Counted from the stretch's first letter, positions 36,610-47,188 are shown. The stretch is DNA of 64,000 nucleotides from an uncultured Candidatus Saccharibacteria bacterium (GCA_964645245.1 CAZYBS010000001.1:91388-155387), one strand, 5' to 3'. Numbers and translations are program-made. The notes: generated by a model not told the origin, from the sequence alone.

Positions 36610-39051
36610 ATGAAAAAGAAAGCTAAAAAAATAATTCCGTACTGCTTGATACTGATCGCGATATTCGCATTGGTTGGACTTTTTAACCCGGCGGGGGAGG
36701 CGCAGGCGCAGACACCGCCGCCAATAACCACAACTGGATGCTATAACGTAAACAATCAGATTCAGGGTACTCCCCCACTTAATCAAAGTCAATGTTTAGC
36801 GCTTGGAAGTTCGGTACGTTGGGTAGTGGTAGCAGGTACCCCGACTCCGGCATCACCTCGAGCGGCAGGGGAGGATTCAGAGCTTACAAAGAATATACCG
36901 GGCTGTGCGGTTATTACCGGTGATTTTGACGATTGTATAGTAAAAATTTCATACTATCTTTTTTATTCTCTTCCATCCTTTTTACTGGGCATAGTAGCAA
37001 GTATTTTTAATGTTGTACTGTCTATTTCATTAAGCAGCTCTCTTTACACTAAATCTCCCTTTATCCCTGAAGCATGGGCGGTTGTCCGAGATCTTTCCAA
37101 TATTTTTTTCATACTTATCCTGCTTTATATAGGAATAAAAATAATTTTAGGACTTGGCGGGTCTGAGGTCAAAAAGATGATAGCTCAAATTATAATCATG
37201 GCACTTTTAATCAACTTTTCTATGTTTTTCACAAAGATAGTTATTGATGCTTCCAATATCTTAGCATTGATTTTTTATAATAAAATTGATACTGAAGTGA
37301 AGATAACAACGGGCTCAACCAACATGACAACCACAGGGAGAGATTATCTGCCAATTACCAACCCGGCAATAACTGGTAACGTGGAAAAAGATATTGCGGG
37401 TGGATTGGCCTCCGCCTTCAAACCTGGTGAAATGCTAACTCCAACTTTCTTTGAAAAAGCCGCGACGAGAACTATAAGGGCACCGAGCTTGTCAGGTGCC
37501 GCCGCTTATACACTCGGCGGAGCGCTTGCAGGAAGTTTCATACCAGTCGTTGGCACGGCAATAGGAGCGGGGGTTGGAATTGCAGGCTATGCGGCTAGTA
37601 CTATTTTTGGTTTATGGACAAGTGAACCGGTGCCAAACTCTCTATTGTTTGGAATAATTGTTACAAGCGGAGCAATTATGTTTTTCGCGATTTATGCATT
37701 TTTTATATCAGGTATGAGCTTCATAGGCAGATTGATTGAACTTTGGATATTGATTATCGCTTCCCCTTTCGCTTTTATGTCTTCAACTGTACCATTACTA
37801 AGCGGTATACCTCACGTCGGCTGGAAAGAATGGTTAAAACGCCTTTTACAAGTTTCTTTTATGGCGCCAATTTTTATGTTCTTTTTATATTTGATATTTA
37901 AATTGGTATCAATAGATGTATTTGGAGATATTGCAGCTAGAGGCTTCGCAGACCAGGGTACCTTTGAGGCTATAGCACTGCTTTCTATAAAAGCTATAAT
38001 AATTTTAATACTTCTTCTAAAAGCAACTTCTTTTGCTAAAAAGTGGTCAGGCCAATTAGGGGAGATGATGATGAAAGGCGTGGCAATAGCAGGAGGAATT
38101 GCCGGTGGATTGGCAATAGGTGGAACAGCATCTGTGTTACAAGCAAGTGTGGGTAAGTATAGTGACCGGTTTGCCGAATCCACAACAGCAAAAAGATGGA
38201 TAAGAGAAGGCAGATTTGGTGCTGATACCTTACAGAAAATGACCAGCTATCTGGGAGGTGCAAGCTTTGATGCAAGAAAGGGAGTGGCTGGTGCAGCTTT
38301 AGGCGCTGTGTCTTCAGTGACTGGATTAGATCTCGGAGCAAAATCCCAATTATTATTAAAGAAGGATGGCGGATACAGGGAAGATAGGAAGAAGGCTGTA
38401 GAAAAGAGAATGCAGAGAGCACAAGAGCTTGAAGTTGGAGAAGACGAGGAGCTTACACGAAACTTACATGAACTAGAAGAACAGAAACAGGGGTTGCTTA
38501 GAGACGTTTCACATGATATTGAACAACTTGATAACAGAATTAAGACTTGGAGGGATAGGTCAAGAGATAGAGCTGAAAGAGTCAGGGTACTAAATGGCGA
38601 CCCTAATGCAACTCAAGCAGAAAGGGGTGCAGCGGCGGTAGAGGCAAGAGAAGCAGTTGATAATCTGAGAGAACTAAATACACATAGGAGGGCAATTAAA
38701 GACGGAGAGAATTTCACTCCGACAGCTGTTTCAGCCATAAACCTAGCAGACGTAGGAGTAGTGCAAGCTTACAGTACAAGGGCTAGGGTAGGTGGAGTAG
38801 CTACAGGAGCTTCAATAAATCAGTTGGAAGACACTTTTATCCCCCAGGTTCAGCATGAAATAGAAAGAGAAAACAGAGACAGAAAATGGGCTTACGCTAA
38901 CTACACCGAGATGGGAGGCGGAGGAATCAGAAACTTTTTCAGAGCAATAGGATTACAGCGAGCAGGAGACAACGAAGAATCTCGCAGAGAAGCCGCTCAT
39001 AAAATAATAATGGAGGCAAAGGTAGAGGATAAAGGAGGAGAGCATAGTTAA
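36610..39051 (+). CDS. VirB6/TrbL-like polytopic membrane protein
   Basis: WAVVRDLSNIFFI, ALLINFSMFFTKIVID, multi-TM core, Gly-rich helices, coiled-coil tail. Confidence 0.7.
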   Translation: MKKKAKKIIPYCLILIAIFALVGLFNPAGEAQAQTPPPITTTGCYNVNNQIQGTPPLNQSQCLALGSSVRWVVVAGTPTPASPRAAGEDSELTKNIPGCAVITGDFDDCIVKISYYLFYSLPSFLLGIVASIFNVVLSISLSSSLYTKSPFIPEAWAVVRDLSNIFFILILLYIGIKIILGLGGSEVKKMIAQIIIMALLINFSMFFTKIVIDASNILALIFYNKIDTEVKITTGSTNMTTTGRDYLPITNPAITGNVEKDIAGGLASAFKPGEMLTPTFFEKAATRTIRAPSLSGAAAYTLGGALAGSFIPVVGTAIGAGVGIAGYAASTIFGLWTSEPVPNSLLFGIIVTSGAIMFFAIYAFFISGMSFIGRLIELWILIIASPFAFMSSTVPLLSGIPHVGWKEWLKRLLQVSFMAPIFMFFLYLIFKLVSIDVFGDIAARGFADQGTFEAIALLSIKAIIILILLLKATSFAKKWSGQLGEMMMKGVAIAGGIAGGLAIGGTASVLQASVGKYSDRFAESTTAKRWIREGRFGADTLQKMTSYLGGASFDARKGVAGAALGAVSSVTGLDLGAKSQLLLKKDGGYREDRKKAVEKRMQRAQELEVGEDEELTRNLHELEEQKQGLLRDVSHDIEQLDNRIKTWRDRSRDRAERVRVLNGDPNATQAERGAAAVEAREAVDNLRELNTHRRAIKDGENFTPTAVSAINLADVGVVQAYSTRARVGGVATGASINQLEDTFIPQVQHEIERENRDRKWAYANYTEMGGGGIRNFFRAIGLQRAGDNEESRREAAHKIIMEAKVEDKGGEHS

Positions 39052-39064
39052 AAAATAAAAAATC

Positions 39065-39568
39065 ATGACTGAAAAATTAAAACAAACAATTAAAGAGGAG
39101 GTGATGAAGTTGCCGAAAGAATTGCAGGAGGCTATCAACGCTTTTGATTGGGTGAAAGTTACAGAAGAACTGGGAGAAAAATATAAACTTTCAGAAAGCG
39201 AACTGAATGATTTTCAAGTAGAAACCTTGTTGGTTTTAGTAGGATTCACGGATCTGAATTTTTATGCAACTGCCATTGAAAATCGGGTTGGCATTACTAA
39301 AGATGACGCAAAAAAAATGGCTGACGAAGCCTTAGAAAAAATATTTACCCCAATAGCGGACAAAATTACCGAAAAAATTAAAGAAAAAACAAAAAACAAA
39401 AACCCGAGCCCGGAACAGACGCTTAATTTCATTCTTTCTGGCGGAGACTACTCGGCTTTTATGGAACAAAGAGAAAATCAAGCACAAGAAGCTGCGCCAA
39501 CTAATAAGCCTATAAATCCTCCATCTCTGGCCGACATAAAAGCTAAGTTATTAATAGACAATAAATAA
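39065..39568 (+). CDS. Hypothetical helical protein (T4SS-like cluster)
   Basis: ETLLVLVG motif; resembles the next ORF. Confidence 0.7.
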   Translation: MTEKLKQTIKEEVMKLPKELQEAINAFDWVKVTEELGEKYKLSESELNDFQVETLLVLVGFTDLNFYATAIENRVGITKDDAKKMADEALEKIFTPIADKITEKIKEKTKNKNPSPEQTLNFILSGGDYSAFMEQRENQAQEAAPTNKPINPPSLADIKAKLLIDNK

Positions 39569-39569
39569 A

Positions 39570-40217
39570 ATGCAAACACCAATAGATTTACTGCAAATAA
39601 AGATTGAAAAAGCCAGAGCAGCCTTGCCGGCCGAAACTCTCAATGCCATTGCCGCTGTTGATTGGAAGGCAGCCATTCTGGGGATGAGAGCTAAAAAAGG
39701 ATATACCTTTGAGCAATTGGGGGATTTAGAGCTGGAAACAGAATTATTGCTCTGCGGCCTTTTAGCTCCCGGTGGTTATCCGAAGGAATTGGAAAACAGA
39801 ATGAAAATCTCCAGAGCTCAAGCAAATGAATTGGTAAATGAAATGAATGACTTAGTTTTTAAAAAGATAAGAGAAGAATTAATCAAGAATACTGAAAGAA
39901 AAAAAATATTCGCAAATAAGATGACCCCCCCGCTCCGACCTGAGTCGAAGCACTCCCCCTTAGCAGGGGGAGAGGATAAAGCCTCCCTTGATAAGGGGAG
40001 GTTGGAGGGGTTTGGGGAGAAAAAGGAATCATTACCAATACCGGGGAAACTAGAACTTGAAACAGCCCATCCAATATTAGCGCAAAAATTATCCGGTTCT
40101 TTTCAAATTCCGATGGTAAAAACCGATCACTCCTTGAAAAATCTCCAGCCCTCTTCCACCCAGAACGGAACAATCCCAAAAAAGCCGGTCGATCCTTATA
40201 GGGAAATACCGGAATAA
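39570..40217 (+). CDS. Hypothetical protein with C-terminal DPYRE motif
   Basis: ETELLLCG motif; DPYREIPE end; in-frame palindrome insert. Confidence 0.75.
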   Translation: MQTPIDLLQIKIEKARAALPAETLNAIAAVDWKAAILGMRAKKGYTFEQLGDLELETELLLCGLLAPGGYPKELENRMKISRAQANELVNEMNDLVFKKIREELIKNTERKKIFANKMTPPLRPESKHSPLAGGEDKASLDKGRLEGFGEKKESLPIPGKLELETAHPILAQKLSGSFQIPMVKTDHSLKNLQPSSTQNGTIPKKPVDPYREIPE

Positions 40218-40221
40218 AATT

Positions 40222-40656
40222 ATGCAATTCAAAGTCCCACAATTTTTAGACATAGAAGACAAGATTTTTGGCCCATTTACTTTCAGGGAATTTGTTTATT
40301 TGGCCGGCGGGGCAGGTTTATGTTTTGTACTTTATAAAATACTAGGGCTTTATTTGGGCGCTATCCCAATTTTAGCCGCAGCGGGACTGGCGCTGGCGCT
40401 TACTTTCTACCGGCCAAATAATAAGCCTTTTATAAATATGATTGAGGCGGGATTCAACTATTTTGTAAAAGATAAACTTTATATCTGGAAAAGACGTAAG
40501 GCTAAAATGAGCAGTGACAGACAATTAGAAACTTCGGATGGAGATAGAAAGAGAGAAAACTTGGAGAACGAGGTCCGGCTGGGCGGAAATAAGTTGCGAG
40601 ACCTGGCTTGGAGTTTGGATGTGCTAGACTCAAATAAACACCAAAATGAGTTATAA
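40222..40656 (+). CDS. PrgI-family protein (VirB3-like)
   Basis: QFKVPQFLDIEDKIFGPFTFREF plus 2 TMs. Confidence 0.85.
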   Translation: MQFKVPQFLDIEDKIFGPFTFREFVYLAGGAGLCFVLYKILGLYLGAIPILAAAGLALALTFYRPNNKPFINMIEAGFNYFVKDKLYIWKRRKAKMSSDRQLETSDGDRKRENLENEVRLGGNKLRDLAWSLDVLDSNKHQNEL

Positions 40657-40680
40657 AGTTTATAAAGTAAAAACAAAAAG

Positions 40681-41319
40681 ATGGCCCTAAACGCAAAAGC
40701 AACTCAAGAATTTGTACCAATCAAGGAGGTCCGCGACGGAATAATTATGTTGAAAGACGGCGGATTGCGGGCAATTGTGCTGGCCAATTCAGTCAACCTA
40801 TCCTTAAAATCAGACGACGAACAGAAAGCAACAATCCTTCAATTCCAGAGTTTTCTTAACACTTTGGACTTTGCTGTCCAAATATCGGTGCAATCAAGAA
40901 GACTGGATATCCGGCCTTACCTTTTACTTTTGGAAGAAAGAATAAAAGTGCAAAACGAGCCCTTGCTTAAGTTGCAAACAAAAGAATACGTAGAGTTCGT
41001 TAGAAATTTCACTGAGTCGGTGAGTATAATGACCAAAAGCTTTTTTGTTGTGGTTCCTTATACGCATACTGTTCTAAAATCAGATTCCGGAACATTTAAA
41101 CGCCTATTTGGAATAAGAAGTAAAGAAGAAGTAAAAATAGCCAAGCAAGAAGACTTTGAAGAAAAGAGGTCCCAACTGGAAGAAAGAGTGGGGGTAATAC
41201 AGCAAGGACTTGGCCGTTGCGGTATAAAATCAGCCCAATTAGGCACGGAAGAGATTGTGGAGGTATTTTATAAAGTTTTTAATCCCGGGGAAGTGGAAGG
41301 GAAAATTAAGCTGGAATAA
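40681..41319 (+). CDS. TraC/VirB4-associated protein
   Basis: IKEVRDGII, NLSLKSDDEQ, FLNTLDFAVQI; lies between PrgI and VirB4. Confidence 0.7.
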   Translation: MALNAKATQEFVPIKEVRDGIIMLKDGGLRAIVLANSVNLSLKSDDEQKATILQFQSFLNTLDFAVQISVQSRRLDIRPYLLLLEERIKVQNEPLLKLQTKEYVEFVRNFTESVSIMTKSFFVVVPYTHTVLKSDSGTFKRLFGIRSKEEVKIAKQEDFEEKRSQLEERVGVIQQGLGRCGIKSAQLGTEEIVEVFYKVFNPGEVEGKIKLE

Positions 41320-41324
41320 AAATT

Positions 41325-43205
41325 ATGTCTATTTTTGACACATTATTTAGAAAAAAGAAAATGGGGGGTGAAGTTCACCCCGCCGATGGCGGGGCAAGTG
41401 CCTCAATTTTAGCGGTATTGCCAGAACAAATCTACGAATCAGCCAGTCTGGAACTGCAAGATGTCATCGCGCCCTCGGCGCTTAAAATTGAATCAAAATC
41501 CATAAACCTGGGCGATAAAATCGCGCGCACTTTTTTCATAATATCTTATCCGAGATTTTTGACCGACAATTGGTTTTCCCCAATAATCAACTTGGATAAA
41601 GTTTTTGATATTTCAATTTTTATCCACCCGATAGATACATCCTTAATGCTGCGGCAATTTCAGAAAAAAGTCGCTGAAGTGCAAAGCCAAATAAGCGTAC
41701 GCGAGAGCAAGGGGATGGTGCGCGACCCGATGCTCGATACCGCTTACCAAGACCTGGAAGGACTCCGCGACAATTTAATCCAGGCGCAGGAAAAAATGTT
41801 TGATGTCGGTATTTATATCACAATTTATGCCAACAATGACTTGGAACTTTTCAAACTTGAAAATGAAATAAAGTCAATGCTGGAGTCAAAATTAATATAC
41901 ATTAAACCGGCGCTTTTTCAGCAAGAAGACGGTTTTAAGAGCGTTATACCGATAAATACCGATTTACTAAATATCCACCAAAAATTAAATTCTGAACCGC
42001 TTTCCAGCGTTTTCCCTTTCATTTCTTTTGACTTAACTTCTGATAAAGGCGTACTCTACGGCGTCAACCGGCATAATTCCAGTTTGGTAATTTTTGACAG
42101 ATTTTCTCTGGAGAATTATAACTCGGTAACTTTTGCTAAAGCCGGCGCAGGTAAATCATATGCCACGAAACTGGAAGTTTTAAGGTCTTTGATGTTTGAT
42201 ATTGATGTCATTATAATAGACCCGGAACGGGAATATGAATTTTTGGCGGAAGCTGTGGGCGGACGATATTTCAGCATTTCCCTTTCCTCGGACCACCACA
42301 TGAACCCTTTTGATTTGCCAATGCCACGCGAAGACGAAACAGCCGAAGATGTCTTGCGTTCAAATATTATTAACCTCGTTGGACTTTTCCGATTAATGCT
42401 GGGAGGGCTTACGCCGGAAGAAGATTCAATGGTGGACCGCGCCATTTCCGAGACTTATGCCATCAAAGACATTACTCCAGAATCAGATTTTTCAAACATT
42501 GAACCTCCACTTCTTTCCGACTTTGAAATGGTGCTTTCGGGAATGGAAGGAAGCGATTCGGTCGTGCAGAGATTGGCGAAATACACCAAAGGTTCTTGGG
42601 CGACATTTTTAAACAGGCCTTCCAATGTGGACATTAATAAAAAGTTTGTGGTATTTTCCATCCGCGATATGGAAGACGAATTAAAGCCAGTCGCAATGTA
42701 TATCATTATGCATTATATCTGGAATGCAATACGCAAAAATTTGAAAAAGCGCTTATTGGTTGTGGATGAAGCTTGGTGGATGATGAAATCCGAAGATACT
42801 GCATCTTTTCTCTATTCTATCGCCAAGCGAGGCAGAAAATATTATCTGGGCCTTTCCACTATCACTCAAGATGCGGCTGACTTTTTGAATTCCCCCTACG
42901 GCGTACCGATAATCACCAACTCTTCCATCCAGCTTCTCCTAAAACAATCCCCCACCACTATTGATATCCTGCAAAAAACTTTTAATCTTACCGACGAAGA
43001 AAAATATCTTCTTTTAGAATCCAGTGTGGGTGAGGGCATCTTCTTCGCAGGATTAAAGCATGTCGCCATAAAAGTCATTGCTTCTTATACCGAAGACCAG
43101 ATTATCACCTCCGATCCTTCACAAATACTATCAAACAGAAAAGCCAAAGAAGAGCAGGAGGCAGAGCAAATACGGACACCAGATAGAGCTTTAGGCGCTA
43201 TCTAG
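41325..43205 (+). CDS. VirB4/TraC-like ATPase
   Basis: AKAGAGKS Walker A, IIDPEREY, LLVVDEAW, KRGRKY, TITQ. Confidence 0.9.
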   Translation: MSIFDTLFRKKKMGGEVHPADGGASASILAVLPEQIYESASLELQDVIAPSALKIESKSINLGDKIARTFFIISYPRFLTDNWFSPIINLDKVFDISIFIHPIDTSLMLRQFQKKVAEVQSQISVRESKGMVRDPMLDTAYQDLEGLRDNLIQAQEKMFDVGIYITIYANNDLELFKLENEIKSMLESKLIYIKPALFQQEDGFKSVIPINTDLLNIHQKLNSEPLSSVFPFISFDLTSDKGVLYGVNRHNSSLVIFDRFSLENYNSVTFAKAGAGKSYATKLEVLRSLMFDIDVIIIDPEREYEFLAEAVGGRYFSISLSSDHHMNPFDLPMPREDETAEDVLRSNIINLVGLFRLMLGGLTPEEDSMVDRAISETYAIKDITPESDFSNIEPPLLSDFEMVLSGMEGSDSVVQRLAKYTKGSWATFLNRPSNVDINKKFVVFSIRDMEDELKPVAMYIIMHYIWNAIRKNLKKRLLVVDEAWWMMKSEDTASFLYSIAKRGRKYYLGLSTITQDAADFLNSPYGVPIITNSSIQLLLKQSPTTIDILQKTFNLTDEEKYLLLESSVGEGIFFAGLKHVAIKVIASYTEDQIITSDPSQILSNRKAKEEQEAEQIRTPDRALGAI

Positions 43206-43223
43206 CGCCTAAAGCTCTATCTG
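43178..43223. repeat. Palindrome overlapping the VirB4 stop
   Basis: CCAGATAGAGCTTTAGGCGCTA-TC-TAGCGCCTAAAGCTCTATCTGG with perfect arms. Confidence 0.75.
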
Positions 43224-43260
43224 GATAGTCAATTATCATATTTGGTTATATAATTGGGTT

Positions 43261-44229
43261 ATGAAATTAAAATTTTCATTATTAATTGCAGTACTCATGC
43301 TGTCTGGAACAGTAGCAAATGCCGCTTCATCCAGCAGTATCTTGGTTAACATCGTACCTGAAAGTCCAGCTCCGTATGAAGACATAGCTATTAGCTTGAA
43401 CAGTTATGCCAATAACCTAGACAGCGTTTTAATAACATGGTCTCTGGATGGTAAAAGTGTTCTATCTGGAATTGGGAAAAAATCGTTCTCCTTAAAAGCT
43501 CCGGCTGCCGGCTCTGAGACTATCGTCACCACTGTCATATCTTTGCCAGCTGGTAATATAGAAACAAGGATGATAATAAGGCCATCTGTCATGATACTAC
43601 TTTGGCAAGCAAATGATTCTTATGTTCCGCCATTTTATAAAGGCAAAGCCCTACCGACAGCCGACAGTGAGATAAAAATAATAGCTATGCCCGAAATAAG
43701 AATAACTTCTGGATTAGCTGATTCAAAAAATATGACTTACGCTTGGAAAAAAGATTATACCAACGACCAAGGGGCTTCGGGTTATGGCAAAAACTTTTTT
43801 CTTTACACCAATGATTATCTAGAAGATTCCAACAATATATCGGTGGTAGCATCAACGGTAGACCAGAAATATTCAAGTCAAGCAAGCATAACTATAGGAA
43901 CAAAAGAACCAAAAATATTATTTTACAAAAATGATAATAGTATCGGAACAATTTGGGAAAAAATACTTACTAATCCGCATAAAATACAAGGTGATGAGAC
44001 AGTCGTAGCAATACCTTATTTTATTTCACCGAAAGAAATACAAAATCCGAGGTTAGTATGGAACTGGTTCATTAATGATAATATAGTAAATATATTAGGT
44101 TTTAAAAAGAATTTTATGCCGCTTAAAGTGCAAGAGGGAACTTCTGGAACATCTAAATTAAAATTAGAAATTGAAAACAAGGATAAAATTTTTCAGACAG
44201 CCAGTAAAGAAATTAATATAGAATTTTAA
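43261..44229 (+). CDS. Exported beta-rich hypothetical protein
   Basis: Signal peptide; LLWQANDSYVPPFYKGKALP segment. Confidence 0.75.
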   Translation: MKLKFSLLIAVLMLSGTVANAASSSSILVNIVPESPAPYEDIAISLNSYANNLDSVLITWSLDGKSVLSGIGKKSFSLKAPAAGSETIVTTVISLPAGNIETRMIIRPSVMILLWQANDSYVPPFYKGKALPTADSEIKIIAMPEIRITSGLADSKNMTYAWKKDYTNDQGASGYGKNFFLYTNDYLEDSNNISVVASTVDQKYSSQASITIGTKEPKILFYKNDNSIGTIWEKILTNPHKIQGDETVVAIPYFISPKEIQNPRLVWNWFINDNIVNILGFKKNFMPLKVQEGTSGTSKLKLEIENKDKIFQTASKEINIEF

Positions 44230-44230
44230 A

Positions 44231-45277
44231 ATGAAAAAAATATTAATTTATATTTTAATACTCATTATACTGGTCGGAGTAAGCCTGCCAATCTATGCGC
44301 AAACACAAACGCCCTGCCAGACGGATTATGTCCGAGTAGGTGGTAGGTGTGTTCCTGCAAGCAGTTATATTCTTTTAGCTCCACTGCCTTGCGCAGAAGG
44401 TACTCCTGGATGCATTGACGGAAAATTGAAGACTTTTAATCCCGAGCAAAAAGATAGTGCCGGAAAAAGTACTGCTCTAGGCACATATTTAAACCTTATG
44501 ATAAAAATAATTATCGGTCTGGCGGCGGTTTTGTCTGTGATAATGATTGTTGTGGGCGGGCTGGAGTATATGACCAGCGAACTGATATCCAGCAAAGAAG
44601 AAGGTAAAAAAAGAATTCTAGGCGCGATTTTTGGGCTTCTTTTGGCCCTAGGCGCTTATGCGCTTTTAAATACAATAAACCCCGACCTGCTTAGTACCGA
44701 TATAAAAATAGATCAGGCAACGATTACGGTAACGTTAGATGAAGCAAATTTTGCAAAAACAGAACAAACTGTAGCTACTGCCGGAACAAGATATGCACTA
44801 AGTGGAGCTCCAAGTCCTGGCGTTTCCGATTTTATAAGAAATCGTCTTAGCCAAGGACAACCATTAAGAACTATTGTTGTAGACACTAGTACACGCAGAG
44901 CATACTTTTATGTTGGTCCAGCCGGAAACTGGAATACATTTGTAGCTGTTCCGGTAAATCTTGGATTGAATGGCATAGCGGAAATAGGACAAGCACAAGC
45001 AGGTGATGGCAAAACTCCAAAAGGAACCACAACTTTAGGTTCAGTTGCACTAGCAAGCAACGGAAATGCTGTTACCGTTGCAGGGGGGAGATATAATGTT
45101 GGTGCTGCTTTTGTTAATGTAGGTGCAACAATAAATGGGACAGATAGAGGAATTGGTTTTCATGGATCAGCTAACAATGCCCTAGGAACAACTAACGGTT
45201 GTATTAGAATGACTAATGATGATTTAGCCGCTTTAACGCCATACATGAGAGCAGGGGTAACGGTACTTATAAAATAA
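44231..45277 (+). CDS. Pilin-like (VirB2/TrbC-type) domain fused to an L,D-transpeptidase (YkuD) domain
   Basis: Two TMs with GGLEYMTS...LLNTINPDL; GDGKTPKG; IGFHGS...TNGCIRM. Confidence 0.8.
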   Translation: MKKILIYILILIILVGVSLPIYAQTQTPCQTDYVRVGGRCVPASSYILLAPLPCAEGTPGCIDGKLKTFNPEQKDSAGKSTALGTYLNLMIKIIIGLAAVLSVIMIVVGGLEYMTSELISSKEEGKKRILGAIFGLLLALGAYALLNTINPDLLSTDIKIDQATITVTLDEANFAKTEQTVATAGTRYALSGAPSPGVSDFIRNRLSQGQPLRTIVVDTSTRRAYFYVGPAGNWNTFVAVPVNLGLNGIAEIGQAQAGDGKTPKGTTTLGSVALASNGNAVTVAGGRYNVGAAFVNVGATINGTDRGIGFHGSANNALGTTNGCIRMTNDDLAALTPYMRAGVTVLIK

Positions 45278-45278
45278 G

Positions 45279-46667
45279 ATGTCAAGAAGAAATCTTATAC
45301 TTTTAATAATAATCTTGGTTGCCGTGGTAATTACGGTTTTTGGATTTTTATATTTACGCCAAGGAAAAATTGTGCCGGGAGAAGAAGGTCCAGGCACCAA
45401 TTTTATTTCACGATTCAACCCATTTGGAAGTAAAACGACTCCTCCAGTTGTGGCGCCTCCAATTGACGTTTCAGGATACCAGCCCGATTCTGGAGAAGAA
45501 ACACCAAAACTGAAACTAATGAAAGTTTCCAGTATGCCTATAGCAGGGTTTGCGGTGTTTATAAAAGAAAGATTAAAAGAGGTGCCGATAGCTCCCCTCC
45601 TTGTGGAGGAGGGGGTTGGGGGTGGTGATAGTTCTACAACACCACCTCGCCCTTCGGGCACTCCTCCTCGGAAAGGAGGAGAGAAAGCCAAGCCTACCCC
45701 ACCACTGACTGAATTTGTGCCAGCTTTAAGATATGCAGAGCGAGCGACGGGAAATATCTATCAAACTTTCACGGATAAAATAGAAGAAAGAAAATTCTCA
45801 GGAACGACAATACCCAAAGTATATGAGGCATATTTTGGCAATCGCGCAGAGTCTGTAATTATGCGATATTTAAAAGCTGATGACAAAACCATCGAAACTT
45901 TTGTCGGTACTCTTCCGAAAGAATACTTGGGGGGAGACACAACAAAAAACAATGAAATAAAGGGGTCTTTTTTACCCAATAATATTAAAGATATAAGTCT
46001 TTCGCCGGATGCTTCAAAAATATTCTACTTGTTTAGCAGTGGAGTTAATTTGGGAAACAATATAGTAGGTACAACTGCGAGCTTGTTGGATAATAAAAAA
46101 GTTCAAGTTTTTGATTCCCCTTTCACCGAATGGCTATCATTTTGGCCAACTAGTAAAATGATTACCCTTTCCACTAAACCTTCCAGTAATGTCCCCGGAT
46201 ATATGTACATGCTCGACCTGGATAAGAAAAATCTAACTAAAATTTTAGGCGATATAAATGGACTCACTACTCTGACAAGCCCTAACGGGAAATTAGTTCT
46301 TTACGGTGACAACAGTTTATCACTGTATATCTATCATACCGATAACAGAAATTCTGATTTATTGGGGGTAAAGACTTTGCCTGAAAAATGCGTTTGGGGT
46401 AAAGTAAGTGATGTTATTTATTGTGCTGTGCCAAAATTAATTGACCTAGGCGCATATCCGGATACCTGGTATCAAGGAGAAGTATCTTTTAGTGATCAGT
46501 TTTGGAAAATAGACATCAAAAGCGGAAATGCAACTTTAATAATGGACCCAGTTACAGTTACCGCCGAAGAAATTGACGGTATTAAACTCGATCTAGACGA
46601 AAGTGAAAATTACTTATTTTTTGTAAATAAAAAAGATTCTTTTCTCTGGAAGTTGGATTTGAAATAA
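45279..46667 (+). CDS. Membrane-anchored beta-propeller-like protein
   Basis: N-terminal TM; SPDASK and SPNGK turns; TLPEKCVW. Confidence 0.7.
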   Translation: MSRRNLILLIIILVAVVITVFGFLYLRQGKIVPGEEGPGTNFISRFNPFGSKTTPPVVAPPIDVSGYQPDSGEETPKLKLMKVSSMPIAGFAVFIKERLKEVPIAPLLVEEGVGGGDSSTTPPRPSGTPPRKGGEKAKPTPPLTEFVPALRYAERATGNIYQTFTDKIEERKFSGTTIPKVYEAYFGNRAESVIMRYLKADDKTIETFVGTLPKEYLGGDTTKNNEIKGSFLPNNIKDISLSPDASKIFYLFSSGVNLGNNIVGTTASLLDNKKVQVFDSPFTEWLSFWPTSKMITLSTKPSSNVPGYMYMLDLDKKNLTKILGDINGLTTLTSPNGKLVLYGDNSLSLYIYHTDNRNSDLLGVKTLPEKCVWGKVSDVIYCAVPKLIDLGAYPDTWYQGEVSFSDQFWKIDIKSGNATLIMDPVTVTAEEIDGIKLDLDESENYLFFVNKKDSFLWKLDLK

Positions 46668-46676
46668 AAAGTTTAT

Positions 46677-47183
46677 TTACAAATTTCCTATATACTTGAT
46701 AACCACCCGGCGAGAGGGCCCAAAACCGACCGATTCAGTTTTTAGGTCGGTCGCATCAGATAAAAATTCATGCACAATTCTGCGTTCAAAAGCTGACATT
46801 GGGTCAACTTCTATGCTTGACTTGAAATATCTGGCTCGTTCAGACATCATATGAGCTACTGTGCGAATGTTCTCCACGCGCTTCTTTTGGAAACCATTGA
46901 TATCAATCAGGATAGATTTCTCTAATTCTGACCTCACCCCTTCGCCCCTCTCCTTATTAAGGAGAGGGGTTGGGGAGAGGTTCTTTTCAATTATTCTACG
47001 AACCAGATGATTTAATGCATAAAGTGCCTCACCGTCATGTCCAATAAAAAAATGCGGTTCATTTACTTCAACTGAAAACCAAGTATTATGCGGGCTATCT
47101 TCAATAACGGTAATTTGGGTCGTTTTTATAGTGGTTTTTTCAATCAGCTCTTTTATTAAATTTTGCATTTCATCCTTATTCAT
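46677..47183 (-). CDS. Jag/KhpB-like KH-R3H RNA-binding protein
   Basis: FIGHDGEALYAL; MSAFERRIVH (R3H). Confidence 0.88.
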   Translation of the reverse strand: MNKDEMQNLIKELIEKTTIKTTQITVIEDSPHNTWFSVEVNEPHFFIGHDGEALYALNHLVRRIIEKNLSPTPLLNKERGEGVRSELEKSILIDINGFQKKRVENIRTVAHMMSERARYFKSSIEVDPMSAFERRIVHEFLSDATDLKTESVGFGPSRRVVIKYIGNL

Positions 47184-47188
47184 AAATA

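Noticed and set aside
33764-45890. Other CTGATGA words as hammerheads (about 33765 and 45877)
   Set aside because: No stem II/GAAA or flanking stems; they lie inside coding sequence
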